DNA of 40,665 nt from a virus (lineage: Duplodnaviria > Heunggongvirae > Uroviricota > Caudoviricetes), in IMG/VR virus record IMGVR_UViG_2687453300_000007. One strand, written 5' to 3'. A model generated the notes under the pieces. It was not told the DNA's origin. It saw only the letters and a list, made by a program, of their open reading frames with translations, and did not search any database. A program made the translations under genes and the position numbers. Shown here one piece after another: positions 1-8,982 of this stretch. Positions within the stretch are counted from its first letter, which is position 1; every line of letters begins with the position of its first letter.

Positions 1-993
1 CTAATCGATGGACAGTTTATGGACACTTTCAGCCAGCGGATTAAAGTTGATCGCGTCCAGTAAAAAGTCCGGCGAAAAATGAGCGTACGTCATTGTTTGC
101 TGAATCGTTGCGTGCCCCAGGATTCGTTGCAACGTAACAATATTTCCGCCATTCATCATAAAGTGTGTGGCAAATGTATGACGCATGACATGCGTAGCCT
201 GCCCCTTCGGCAAATCCGGTTTCACCTCCTGAAGAATCTCCCGGAACTTCAGATAATCAACCTGATACAATAACCCCGTTCGACGGGTTTTAATCAGAGG
301 CACGACCGAATCCGCCACAGGAACCGAACGGGATTTTCCGTTTTTGGTGTTAAAGAACGTCACCCGGTTGCCAACGATATGCTCTCCACGTAGTTCCGAT
401 GCTTCACTCCATCGGGCACCAGTAGAAAGACACAGAATGGCAACACGACGCACATCACCCTCCAGTCGCTCAAGAAGCCGTTCAATCTCATCATCAGAAA
501 GAAAGGCCATCTCTGTGTTCTGAACTTTCAGTTTTCGTATACCGCGTACAGGGTTCGCGTTGTGAAAGACCTCAGCTTCAATCAGCACCGTGAACATGGT
601 AGACAGTACGCATAAGTCACGATTAATACTGGACGGCATTAATCCGGCCTGTAATTTCTCTGACCGATATTCAAGCATAAATTTTCGCGTCATCTGACTG
701 GCGCGAGGATCTCCCATTTCACGAACAACCTTCCCTAGCCTAACCCTGTAGCTATCCCCGTAAGCCTGATTACGCCCATCAAGCATCCACCACGCATCAA
801 GCAGCTCTGATAATCGCCGCTGATCAGCTGGCTTAGCCTGCCATGGCTTGTCATGAAAGTTCTGTAACACATACTTCTCAAACTCCTGAGCCTTTGATTT
901 CAGGGCAAAGATTTTTCGAATCCGCTTTCCTTCCGCCCCCTGCGGTCTGACATCGACCTGATAACGTCCGTCTTTGAGTTGCTTAATCGACAT
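1..993 (-). CDS. int: Tyrosine integrase (P2 Int-like)
   Basis: 330-aa minus-strand ORF with the C-terminal R...HxxR...Y signature region of tyrosine recombinases (…VMRHTFATHF…LGHATIQQTMTYAHF…). Start placed at ATG 993, preceded by GGAGGGG SD; stop TAG at 1..3. Confidence 0.9.
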   Translation of the reverse strand: MSIKQLKDGRYQVDVRPQGAEGKRIRKIFALKSKAQEFEKYVLQNFHDKPWQAKPADQRRLSELLDAWWMLDGRNQAYGDSYRVRLGKVVREMGDPRASQMTRKFMLEYRSEKLQAGLMPSSINRDLCVLSTMFTVLIEAEVFHNANPVRGIRKLKVQNTEMAFLSDDEIERLLERLEGDVRRVAILCLSTGARWSEASELRGEHIVGNRVTFFNTKNGKSRSVPVADSVVPLIKTRRTGLLYQVDYLKFREILQEVKPDLPKGQATHVMRHTFATHFMMNGGNIVTLQRILGHATIQQTMTYAHFSPDFLLDAINFNPLAESVHKLSID

Positions 994-1062
994 GATTAGC
1001 CCCTCCAACGGATAAATTAACTAAACACTCCTTGCGATATGTAATTCGCTCAATGTGTAGAG

Positions 1063-1404
1063 TCAGCCAACATTGCGGCCTGATCGGGGTGATTTTTGGG
1101 TAATACCGATTGAAACCTGATCGCCCTCCGACTGAATAGATCCATCAAGAGAGAGAGCCGGAGCAATCTGCCCGGCGACAGGTAGCGTCTTATCTTTTAT
1201 TAGCCACAGCATGTATTTTTCAAAGCGATCGACTTGCAGAACCGCCTCAACGATTTTTGCTCTAGCGTTCTTTTGCCCCGATTCGTAATTCCTTATGGTT
1301 GCCAAAGACAACCCAGTAATATCCGCAAACTGCTTTTGTGTTAACCCTTCCGCCTTACGTATCTGACGTAACTTTTTTGCGTAGTCTATTGACAAGATAA
1401 CCAT
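1063..1404 (-). CDS. Immunity repressor (P2 C-like, HTH)
   Basis: About 113 aa from ATG 1404. Helix-turn-helix LTQKQFADITGLSLATIRNYESG. Divergent from the downstream Cox-like gene, as in the P2 C/cox switch. Confidence 0.75.
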   Translation of the reverse strand: MVILSIDYAKKLRQIRKAEGLTQKQFADITGLSLATIRNYESGQKNARAKIVEAVLQVDRFEKYMLWLIKDKTLPVAGQIAPALSLDGSIQSEGDQVSIGITQKSPRSGRNVG

Positions 1405-1450
1405 TTGAGTATTAACCTCTCGCACAAAGATAACCTTTTGGTTATCTTTA
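1389..1450. promoter_or_regulatory. Putative early promoter and repressor operator sites
   Basis: TTGACA at 1389..1394 and TATTAA at 1410..1415 (spacer 15). Half-site AGATAACC at 1395..1402 and a perfect palindrome AAGATAACC-TTTT-GGTTATCTT at 1428..1449, lying between the divergent repressor and Cox-like starts. Confidence 0.4.
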
Positions 1451-1508
1451 CAAGCCAAAACAAACCATCACAAGGCGCGACAAGCGCACCAACGCAAGAG
1501 GATAACAA

Positions 1509-2030
1509 ATGCGGGACTTCATTGCCGATAAAGAGTTATCTGACCACCAACCACTTCAGGAAAGTGACGCACTCAGCGGATCCATTGATGCCGCCAACGA
1601 CGACGAGCACGAAGAAAACAAGAAAAAGCGTTCCTACAAAAAAGGAGCGACTTTGCGGCTGGATGGTCCGATCGCCGGGCTTTGCTCTCTGGAAAAAGGC
1701 GCGGCATATATTGGGCTAACAAAATCTGCACTGCGCGTAGCCATTCATCGCGGTCAAATGCCGGGACACAAGACGCGCACAAACCCGGAAGATGAAAACT
1801 CAGACGGAGTATGGTGGTTTAACGCCAAAGAGTGGGACAAGTTGGCTGATGAGCTACCAGAGCACGAGCCCCCAGAATGGCACAACTGGAAAAGTTACTG
1901 GACGTATGACCGCCAGAAAAGGAAGTTCTCTCCAGCTAATAAAGAAGACTGCCAGACCATTAACGGTAAGCGAGTTTATACAGGCAGAAGCTCAAAACTG
2001 GACCAACTCAGAAACAACAGAGGCAACTAA
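1509..2030 (+). CDS. Cox-like excisionase/regulator (putative)
   Basis: ATG 1509 preceded by AAGAGGA. Contains an AlpA/excisionase-type HTH (GAAYIGLTKSALRVAIHRGQMPG). At 173 aa it is longer than P2 Cox, so the assignment is tentative. Confidence 0.45.
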   Translation: MRDFIADKELSDHQPLQESDALSGSIDAANDDEHEENKKKRSYKKGATLRLDGPIAGLCSLEKGAAYIGLTKSALRVAIHRGQMPGHKTRTNPEDENSDGVWWFNAKEWDKLADELPEHEPPEWHNWKSYWTYDRQKRKFSPANKEDCQTINGKRVYTGRSSKLDQLRNNRGN

Positions 2031-2034
2031 TCGT

Positions 2035-2457
2035 ATGAAAACAAACACGTCAGATTTCACAATAACTATTTCAAAAAATGACCAAGCATTAATTGATAAC
2101 CTGAAATACCTTGCGGAAAAACATAATAACGGACGAATTGCAATTAATTTACGACACATCACAGGAGTAACAATTGTAACCAGTTACTGGCATCTATATC
2201 TAATCGCTAAATCAGTACTTGAAAACAAAGATTCTGTTGTCAATGGAAGAGATATAGATACTCTTCCTGCACAAATCAAACCGATAGCCTATCAATTGCG
2301 TAATCGTTTTAAAAATGAAGGTGGGATTATATTTGACTTTCCCGCAGCTGTAGCCGTGAGCTTCTCTCGGGGGGATATACTTCACTCATTTCGTTTTGCT
2401 CTATCAGGTGACGAGACATTATGGCAGCTAGAAGATGCCGGGAGCAGCCCGGCATAA
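2035..2457 (+). CDS. Hypothetical protein, AT-rich early-region cargo
   Basis: 140-aa ORF from ATG 2035 in the frame of the 1792..2457 track ORF. The coding sequence is markedly AT-rich compared with flanking prophage DNA. No family recognised. Confidence 0.4.
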   Translation: MKTNTSDFTITISKNDQALIDNLKYLAEKHNNGRIAINLRHITGVTIVTSYWHLYLIAKSVLENKDSVVNGRDIDTLPAQIKPIAYQLRNRFKNEGGIIFDFPAAVAVSFSRGDILHSFRFALSGDETLWQLEDAGSSPA

Positions 2458-2463
2458 ATCAAA

Positions 2464-2655
2464 TTAAAAATCAACCAGTTGTGTGACAGGTGGGTATTTA
2501 CGCTGAATTTTGTCAGTTACTAACGCCAGTAATATATGAATCTCTGTGTTTAATGCGTCTTTATCACCCGTCGTTTTTACCCTGGGAGGGTTAATGTTAT
2601 CCAGAGCAGCACTAAGTTCACTCAACAAATTAACAACTTTTTTATCTTCTGACAT
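2464..2655 (-). CDS. Hypothetical small protein (63 aa), convergent with 2035..2457
   Basis: Track ORF. The two convergent genes are separated by only 6 bp. Confidence 0.3.
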   Translation of the reverse strand: MSEDKKVVNLLSELSAALDNINPPRVKTTGDKDALNTEIHILLALVTDKIQRKYPPVTQLVDF

Positions 2656-2792
2656 GAAAACCTCTTAACAATTTAATTAAACATAAGCCAGGACCTGAAC
2701 CGGCCAGTCCAAGTCCTAGACACACAAAAAAAATACCACAAATCAATACAAGGTGACACGAGTACACCTTACCGAAGGTACAGAGTTTTAAT

Positions 2793-3143
2793 ATGAAACT
2801 ACAGCGCAATTCTTCACAGCAGCGCTTCCGCAACGGTGCGGAACGCCATGCTAACCGTTTCGCTACCAGTGCATCACGTAGCAACTCTCGCTACAGCCTG
2901 AGCGAAACACACGCAACGCCGGATGGCTACCCAGTAAAACAAATTGGTGAACACACTTGGCTGATTGAAAAAGCAGGAATCGTGGTTCACAGATGCCAGC
3001 GCAACCCATTTACCGGAAACCGCATTTTTGCACTGAGCAACGGCGACAATCAGTTCGGGCAGGATTTCACATTATACGAAGCACTTCGCACGGTTGATCG
3101 TCTGCTTCACGGGCAAAGTTTTATTAAACAGGCTGATTTATAA
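2793..3143 (+). CDS. Hypothetical early protein (116 aa)
   Basis: Track ORF in the early operon. No family recognised. Confidence 0.4.
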   Translation: MKLQRNSSQQRFRNGAERHANRFATSASRSNSRYSLSETHATPDGYPVKQIGEHTWLIEKAGIVVHRCQRNPFTGNRIFALSNGDNQFGQDFTLYEALRTVDRLLHGQSFIKQADL

Positions 3144-3153
3144 CAGGTGCTTT

Positions 3154-3432
3154 ATGACCAAAGAGCATGCACAAGGTGTATTTATCCGTTTTATTGATTT
3201 TCGCGGTGAACTGTTATTACGCGCATCAGCCATTGACGGAGTTGTTCCATCCGAAAAAAATGCAGCTACTTACGTTTATCTGAACGGCACGCGCCTGACC
3301 GTAGAACTTCCGTACCAGACTGTACACGAAATCATTAGCGAAGCGGAAAAAGCACGTAAGACTAATGGCGATGAACCCTATATCGAAATTATTTGTATGG
3401 ATTCAGAAGCAGAAATTCAGAAAGCAGATTAA
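3154..3432 (+). CDS. Hypothetical early protein (92 aa)
   Basis: ATG 3154 in the frame of the 3094..3432 track ORF, placed just after the preceding stop. Confidence 0.45.
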   Translation: MTKEHAQGVFIRFIDFRGELLLRASAIDGVVPSEKNAATYVYLNGTRLTVELPYQTVHEIISEAEKARKTNGDEPYIEIICMDSEAEIQKAD

Positions 3433-3443
3433 AGGGCGTTGCG

Positions 3444-3686
3444 ATGGGCAAAGAATATAAAACTCTCATTAACAAAGCACTTGAGCGTTTTTATTTTCGC
3501 TTAAGTGCATCAGGCGCTCATGCTGAACGTGCAGCCCGTGACTCATTGACCAGGGCAATCCGGAGTCTGTATGACGTGGCTTTTTACGCTGATGATCTGG
3601 ATGCACTTAACGAACTTTCCGAGCTGATCTGTGCCGCAGAATGCGGGGAACATATTGAACCGTATAAGCTGGGGAATATCGCATGA
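3444..3686 (+). CDS. Hypothetical early protein (80 aa)
   Basis: ATG 3444 in the frame of the 3393..3686 track ORF. Confidence 0.45.
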   Translation: MGKEYKTLINKALERFYFRLSASGAHAERAARDSLTRAIRSLYDVAFYADDLDALNELSELICAAECGEHIEPYKLGNIA

Positions 3687-3796
3687 GTATATTTATGTCA
3701 TGGATTGTTCTGATTATTTCAGTGGTCTGCGCAATTGGCATTGTGCGAATTATTCATTCAGTAAAAAAGATTGAACGTTTTTTCACTGGTGAATAA
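3683..3796 (+). CDS. Small hydrophobic peptide (37 aa), putative
   Basis: ATGA overlap with the previous gene. Translation MSIFMSWIVLIISVVCAIGIVRIIHSVKKIERFFTGE is a single TM helix with a basic tail. Below the ORF-track size cutoff. Confidence 0.3.
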   Translation: MSIFMSWIVLIISVVCAIGIVRIIHSVKKIERFFTGE

Positions 3797-3889
3797 CGAT
3801 ACAAATAAAACATCAAATTAAATAAGAAAACGTGAAAACCATCCGTATTAACGGAGGTATTCGCACACGCAAATAACGGAGATACAAAA

Positions 3890-4300
3890 ATGCACGCAAA
3901 AGAAGAAGGTATCATCAGAGCACTGAAAGAAATTTCAAAGACAGAAAACGAAGTAGCGAAAAAAGCCATAGCAAATAATCATATGGACGTCGCAACCCAC
4001 ACACTGATAGTCGCAAGAGTCACGGCAGAAGCAGCCGAAATTATCGCAAAACAGGATGCTGAACTGGCGGTTCTCAGAACACAACCAGTCACCGGACTGG
4101 ATTTGTCTAACACCGGACGCCTTATTTACACAATTGGCTCGGAGCTACAGCGATACACCATTATCGCCGGGTTACAGGATAAATACCTGATCACTCCTCA
4201 CCCCATAAGGGAATCAGAAATTCTGACAAATCTCCGCCTGATAGAGCGCTCTCAAGTCGCATTCATTGATGACGCACAGTGCACCGTATTTAACGCATAG
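3890..4300 (+). CDS. Hypothetical early protein (136 aa)
   Basis: Track ORF; ACGGAGA SD upstream of ATG 3890. Confidence 0.5.
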   Translation: MHAKEEGIIRALKEISKTENEVAKKAIANNHMDVATHTLIVARVTAEAAEIIAKQDAELAVLRTQPVTGLDLSNTGRLIYTIGSELQRYTIIAGLQDKYLITPHPIRESEILTNLRLIERSQVAFIDDAQCTVFNA

Positions 4301-4323
4301 AGTTACTGGACAAAGGGGGCGCA

Positions 4324-4527
4324 ATGGCAATTAAGCATTTTCCCGTCGTTCGCTTTACCTCCAGAGGGCGCGAATACGAGGTCGACGAACGCCTGATTAC
4401 CACTATCGACAAACATCGTTCGGAAAAGGATGCACACCACATCTACCTCACTGACGGCACTTACTTCTGCGCCACTAATGTGGCGCGGGTAAACCTTATC
4501 CGACAGGTACAGGAGCCACGCAGATGA
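4324..4527 (+). CDS. Hypothetical early protein (67 aa)
   Basis: Track ORF; 4-bp ATGA overlap with the next gene suggests translational coupling. Confidence 0.45.
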   Translation: MAIKHFPVVRFTSRGREYEVDERLITTIDKHRSEKDAHHIYLTDGTYFCATNVARVNLIRQVQEPRR

Positions 4528-4790
4528 CCATTCTGGACTACATCGCTACTCATCCGGGGTGTAGCGGCGGAGAGATCGCCGCAGCACTGAATACTCCAAC
4601 CACAGCCATTAATGCTGAGTTACGCCAACTTTGGCGCGGCGGCTTAGTCATCAGAACAAACCGCAGCACAGGTGGTCGCGCTCGCAAAACTGGAGGCCAG
4701 GCTTCTTACCACGTAAACCCGATGCCGTTCGGGTGTAGCAATCCACTTACTCACATGTTTAACCAGCTACTGAAGGAAGCCAGAACATGA
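4524..4790 (+). CDS. Hypothetical early protein (88 aa)
   Basis: Track ORF; 4-bp overlaps with both neighbours. Confidence 0.5.
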   Translation: MTILDYIATHPGCSGGEIAAALNTPTTAINAELRQLWRGGLVIRTNRSTGGRARKTGGQASYHVNPMPFGCSNPLTHMFNQLLKEART

Positions 4791-5086
4791 GCACCATCAA
4801 CCACCAGAAGCTACGCGAACTGGCATTTGCCCTGCAACGAATGGCAACACCTCAAAAATTACTGGCATTTCGCGCAATGCTCTCGCCGTCTGCTGCGCTG
4901 GCATTGCTGGATGAGCTGGAGCACGCCAGAACCACGGCTCCTGCCATTCGCCTGACGCTCCATCATGAAATCGCTGATTTCTGCGCGACATTGGAGGTGC
5001 CAGGCGAACCGGAAACGCCGGAAGCAATACAGCAAGAGCTGCTGCAACGTATTGACAAGGTTTTTGATTTTTTTCTGAACCAGTAA
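4787..5086 (+). CDS. Hypothetical early protein (99 aa)
   Basis: Track ORF, translationally coupled to the upstream gene. Confidence 0.5.
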   Translation: MSTINHQKLRELAFALQRMATPQKLLAFRAMLSPSAALALLDELEHARTTAPAIRLTLHHEIADFCATLEVPGEPETPEAIQQELLQRIDKVFDFFLNQ

Positions 5087-5408
5087 GAAACCAGAGCATG
5101 CACACACAAAAAAACCGCTTGCCATGCCGCAATCAGTCAGGTTACATTTCCGCTGCACCTCATAAAACGGGTGCCGGGTTTCGCAGCCTGCTGACTACAC
5201 AAGCGCACAACCGCGCCAGCGGTTTTTTTGTGCGTACTGTATTGCCACGTTTTTTTCGCGTCAGAATTATGGCGGGGCGTACGGGGCCGACTTCGGTCGG
5301 GCCGGGTTCTTGTGTAGCCGGTACTGCGAACCTCGTACGTCTCGCCACCCACAGTTTCGCAGCTCTGGATGGTGAGTTTTCACAACTTACTACACAAGGG
5401 GCCACACC

Positions 5409-5639
5409 ATGGCAAACCGCAAACAGCACCGCGCTATCGCGGAGCGTCGTCACATCCAGACTGAAATCAACCGCAGACTTTCCCGCGCATCACGCGTCGC
5501 GCAAATCATGCACATCAATATGCTGCATGAGCGCAGCCACGCACTATCAAACATTTATTCCGCCTCTGTTTTCAGCTATCTGGCGGATGATCTGCACGAG
5601 CTTCAACAGCTCATCCAGCAGCAAAACAAACTCCATTAA
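5409..5639 (+). CDS. Hypothetical early protein (76 aa)
   Basis: Track ORF immediately downstream of the structured non-coding stretch. Confidence 0.4.
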   Translation: MANRKQHRAIAERRHIQTEINRRLSRASRVAQIMHINMLHERSHALSNIYSASVFSYLADDLHELQQLIQQQNKLH

Positions 5640-5711
5640 TTCCTGTTCCGGGCCTTTCCTGCACCTTGCGGCGGGAGGCCTTCGCACATCTGTAACAAGA
5701 GGATTGCCGCA

Positions 5712-6077
5712 ATGATTCTCGCCAACGACTTTCTTGAATACCTGCTCAATACAGAACGTGATCTTGCCGCTCGCGTGCGTGATCGTTATGACATGTACCT
5801 GAAATCCCTGCCTGTACCGCAGCTCGCTGACGGAAAGATTGTTATTGATGGTCGCTACATGATTGACAGCCACGAGGGAAATTACAGGCTTTACCGCATT
5901 GAAGGTGGCACCCCGTCCGTTATTGGCATTTACCAGCGCCCATCCTCTGCAATCGTCGATGTGATTGCCGACAGCATCCGCATCACACATCGCCATGCCG
6001 ACACAGAAGACACCGTGCTGGAAATTCAGCGGCTGGCTACAGTCTGCCGCGACACCCTGAATGGCATGACGAAGTAA
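5712..6077 (+). CDS. Hypothetical early protein (121 aa)
   Basis: ATG 5712 preceded by AAGAGGA; directly upstream of gene A. Confidence 0.5.
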   Translation: MILANDFLEYLLNTERDLAARVRDRYDMYLKSLPVPQLADGKIVIDGRYMIDSHEGNYRLYRIEGGTPSVIGIYQRPSSAIVDVIADSIRITHRHADTEDTVLEIQRLATVCRDTLNGMTK

Positions 6078-6083
6078 ATCACT

Positions 6084-8906
6084 ATGACGGCAGAGTACCT
6101 CAGGGACTGGCAACAACCGCGCCACGCAGTGGGGCGTGAAGGAACGGGGATCCCCGCTCCTGAATCCGCGCTTTCCTCCTGGCTGGATGCCTACCGGGCA
6201 GAGAACGAGCGCCGCCAGGAAATGGCTGATGCGGCGTTCTCAGCCACGCCGCTGGGCAACCTGATTAATAAAAGCCTGGACGCACAGGAAAAACAGGACA
6301 AAACCATCACACTGGCAGGAGACGCCAGAAAACAGGCACGTGGCGCGGTGGATGAAGCCATGGCCTCGCTGCGCCTGCTGCCGTCCTATCTGCGCGATCC
6401 GCTTATTCGCCACCTCTCCTTCCTGCGCAAAAAACAGGAAGCCGATCGCCGGAAAGGCAAAAAGAGCTGGCAGGCGGAACGCTATGCACGCGGAACCCTG
6501 CGCAAAATATTCGAACGTCTGGATAGCACTGACGGACGCTGGCTGACACCGGGTTATCGCTCCCTTGCCGGACGCGAACGCCTGGACGATTTGCTTTACC
6601 TGCCGCAGCTCAACAAACACCAGATACAGACGCTGGCCACCATGACGGCGGCGATGTTCAGCAGCACCTTCGAAAAACTCTGCGATGGCTTTGGCGCGAC
6701 CGATGGCGAGCTGACCATGGATGTAACCCTGAAGGCGTATCAGATGCTGGCCCGCATGGCGTTACACCTGCACGCCATGCCTCCACATTATGACGCACTG
6801 ACAACAGACAAAGACCGGAGGAACGAACCGGACACGGAGCTGCTGCCGGGCGCAATCCTTCGCCTGACCTGTGCGGAATGGTGGAAACGCAAACTGTGGC
6901 TGTTACGTTGCGAGTGGAGAGAAGAACAACTCCGCGCCGCCTGTCTGGTTTCCAGAAAAACATCACCCTATCTGAGCCAGGACGCGTTAAGCGAGTTTCG
7001 CGCACAGCGCGAGAAAACACGCGATTTCCTGAAAAGTTTCATGCTGGAAAATGAAGACGGGTTCACGATTGATCTCGAGACAGTGTATTACGCGGGAGTA
7101 AGTAACCCGGTTCACCGTAAGGCAGAAATGATGGCCACCATGAAGGGACTGGAACTTCTGGCCGAAGCCCGTGGCGACAAAGCGGTGTTTCTGACTGTCA
7201 CCTGCCCGTCAAAATACCACGCCACAACGGAGAACGGTCATCCGAATCCCAAATGGAACGGGGCCACAATGCGCGACTCCAGCGATTACCTGGTTAACAC
7301 GTTTTTTGCGGCGGTCCGCAAAAAACTGAACCGCGACGGCCTGCGCTGGTATGGCATCCGCACGGTGGAGCCTCATCATGACGGCACCGTGCACTGGCAT
7401 ATGATGGTCTTTGCACATCCGGAAGAAATCGACACCATTGTGTCCCATACCCGCGATATTGCCATTCAGGAAGACCGCCACGAGCTGGGCAATGATATTA
7501 CTCCGCGCTTTAAGGTGGAGTATGTCGACGGCTCAAAAGGCACGCCAACCAGCTACATCGCCACCTACATCGGAAAGAACCTGGACAGCCGCGCCGTGGA
7601 TGGCATCGACCCGAAAACGGGCAAGCCACGCGTGGACCACGAAACCGGAAAATCAATGGCCGAGAGCGTGGAGCGCGCCATCGGCTGGGCGCGCCTTCAC
7701 CGGGTCCGTCAGTTCCAGTTCTTTGGCATCCCCTCCCGTCAGGTGTGGCGTGAACTGCGCCGCCTTGCCAGCCAGATGGCACGCAATCCGGAAGGCCCGC
7801 AACGGCTGAAAGATGATGCAATGGATGCGGTACTCGCTGCCGCCGATGCCGGGTGTTTTGCCACCTACATTGAAAAACAGGGTGGCGTGCTTGTTCCACG
7901 CAAGGACTACCTGATTCGCACCGCCTACGACCTCGCAGATGAGCTGAACGATTACGGCGAACAGAGCGTACAGATTTACGGGATCTGGTCACCACTCATC
8001 GGGGAATCCTCCCGTGTGTGCACGCATCCGGATAACTGGAAGCTGGTAAGACGTAAACCGGAAGCGGAAGACAGCGCCCGCGAAAATGGTTTTGACCTTC
8101 AGGGCGGCCCTGCCGCCCCTTGGACTCGTGGCAATAACTGTCCCCGTGTACAGGAAACGGACAACAACGGGACAGAACAGCCGGAAGAACGGCCAGCACC
8201 GTGGCCGCAGCTCCCTGACGGCGTTGAAGTGAACGAATGGATGCGCTCACTGAAACGACACGAACGCCGGGCGCTGATGCGTTCGCTTCGTGACAAACAG
8301 GCAAAAAACAGCAGCGATGAAATGCAGAGCTGGACACAGAGCCGCAAACAGCAGCGGCCTTTGCCTGATAACCACGAATTACTCGCTAAAGAATGGCGGG
8401 AGTCTGCTGAATCTCTCGGCCTGCATATCGGTGAACAACAGATGCAGCACCTGTTACGGGGCGGCAGTCTGTACGTTGACGGCAGCATCATTGCACCGCA
8501 GGGATTTGAAATTGTACGCAAACCGGATACCCGCCCGGACAGCCGAATCACGCAGCTCTGGCAGCGCCTGAGCCGTAATCATGGCGTAAGCAGCACGGAG
8601 ATCCGCCATAACCCGGTCGCCAGCTATCTGGCACAGCTGGGGGCATCAGACCCTGAAGCCGCCGCACGCCTGGCATCCACACTTCAGCAGGGCCAGAACA
8701 CCATGAAAACACCCGTTACCGTGCTTTCTGACATGCTGCGCGCCATCCGCGACGCAGAGCACGCACAGAGAATCAGTGAAACCACTGAACGCGCCAGCCG
8801 CAAAGCAGACCTGCTGCGGGGTGGCCTGACCAGTGGAAACAAAAAACAGACAGAAACGGGACTTACGAATCCCGTAAATGAGCAAAAAACGCGCAGCGAT
8901 ATATGA
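6084..8906 (+). CDS. A: Rolling-circle replication initiation endonuclease (P2 gpA-like)
   Basis: 940-aa ORF carrying the HUH-type motif region …TVEPHHDGTVHWHMMVF… and tyrosine-bearing segment …YIATYIGKN… typical of P2 A-family proteins. Confidence 0.9.
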   Translation: MTAEYLRDWQQPRHAVGREGTGIPAPESALSSWLDAYRAENERRQEMADAAFSATPLGNLINKSLDAQEKQDKTITLAGDARKQARGAVDEAMASLRLLPSYLRDPLIRHLSFLRKKQEADRRKGKKSWQAERYARGTLRKIFERLDSTDGRWLTPGYRSLAGRERLDDLLYLPQLNKHQIQTLATMTAAMFSSTFEKLCDGFGATDGELTMDVTLKAYQMLARMALHLHAMPPHYDALTTDKDRRNEPDTELLPGAILRLTCAEWWKRKLWLLRCEWREEQLRAACLVSRKTSPYLSQDALSEFRAQREKTRDFLKSFMLENEDGFTIDLETVYYAGVSNPVHRKAEMMATMKGLELLAEARGDKAVFLTVTCPSKYHATTENGHPNPKWNGATMRDSSDYLVNTFFAAVRKKLNRDGLRWYGIRTVEPHHDGTVHWHMMVFAHPEEIDTIVSHTRDIAIQEDRHELGNDITPRFKVEYVDGSKGTPTSYIATYIGKNLDSRAVDGIDPKTGKPRVDHETGKSMAESVERAIGWARLHRVRQFQFFGIPSRQVWRELRRLASQMARNPEGPQRLKDDAMDAVLAAADAGCFATYIEKQGGVLVPRKDYLIRTAYDLADELNDYGEQSVQIYGIWSPLIGESSRVCTHPDNWKLVRRKPEAEDSARENGFDLQGGPAAPWTRGNNCPRVQETDNNGTEQPEERPAPWPQLPDGVEVNEWMRSLKRHERRALMRSLRDKQAKNSSDEMQSWTQSRKQQRPLPDNHELLAKEWRESAESLGLHIGEQQMQHLLRGGSLYVDGSIIAPQGFEIVRKPDTRPDSRITQLWQRLSRNHGVSSTEIRHNPVASYLAQLGASDPEAAARLASTLQQGQNTMKTPVTVLSDMLRAIRDAEHAQRISETTERASRKADLLRGGLTSGNKKQTETGLTNPVNEQKTRSDI

Positions 8907-8951
8907 AGCGCGCACAAAACAGGCAAAAACGGGATTTCAGAATCCCGTAAA
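8854..8951. repeat. Two copies of a 25-bp palindrome-containing element flanking the A stop codon
   Basis: AAACGGGACTTACGAATCCCGTAAA at 8854..8878 and AAACGGGATTTCAGAATCCCGTAAA at 8927..8951 (22/25 identical), each with 6-bp arms ACGGGA/TCCCGT. The second copy sits about 30 bp upstream of the ParM-like start. Confidence 0.6.
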
Positions 8952-8982
8952 CGATTAATTAATCAACATAAGGAAAAGCGAC

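Noticed and set aside
5271-5350. Possible tRNA-like gene in the GC-rich structured region (acceptor-like GGCGGGG … CTCGCC ACC)
   Set aside because: I could not build a cloverleaf: no T-arm (GTTCRANYC) or D-arm with correct spacing. Kept only as an unspecified structured element.
5098-5715. 205-aa plus-strand track ORF, together with the minus-strand ORFs at 5137..5352 and 5160..5453
   Set aside because: Low-complexity, S/T/R-rich translations overlapping one another and the structured non-coding stretch. No RBS and mutually inconsistent frames, so treated as non-coding.
6240-8571. Multiple 90 to 160-aa ORFs on both strands inside gene A
   Set aside because: All are nested within the strongly supported 940-aa replication gene and are Cys/Arg-rich, typical of out-of-frame reads of GC-rich coding DNA.
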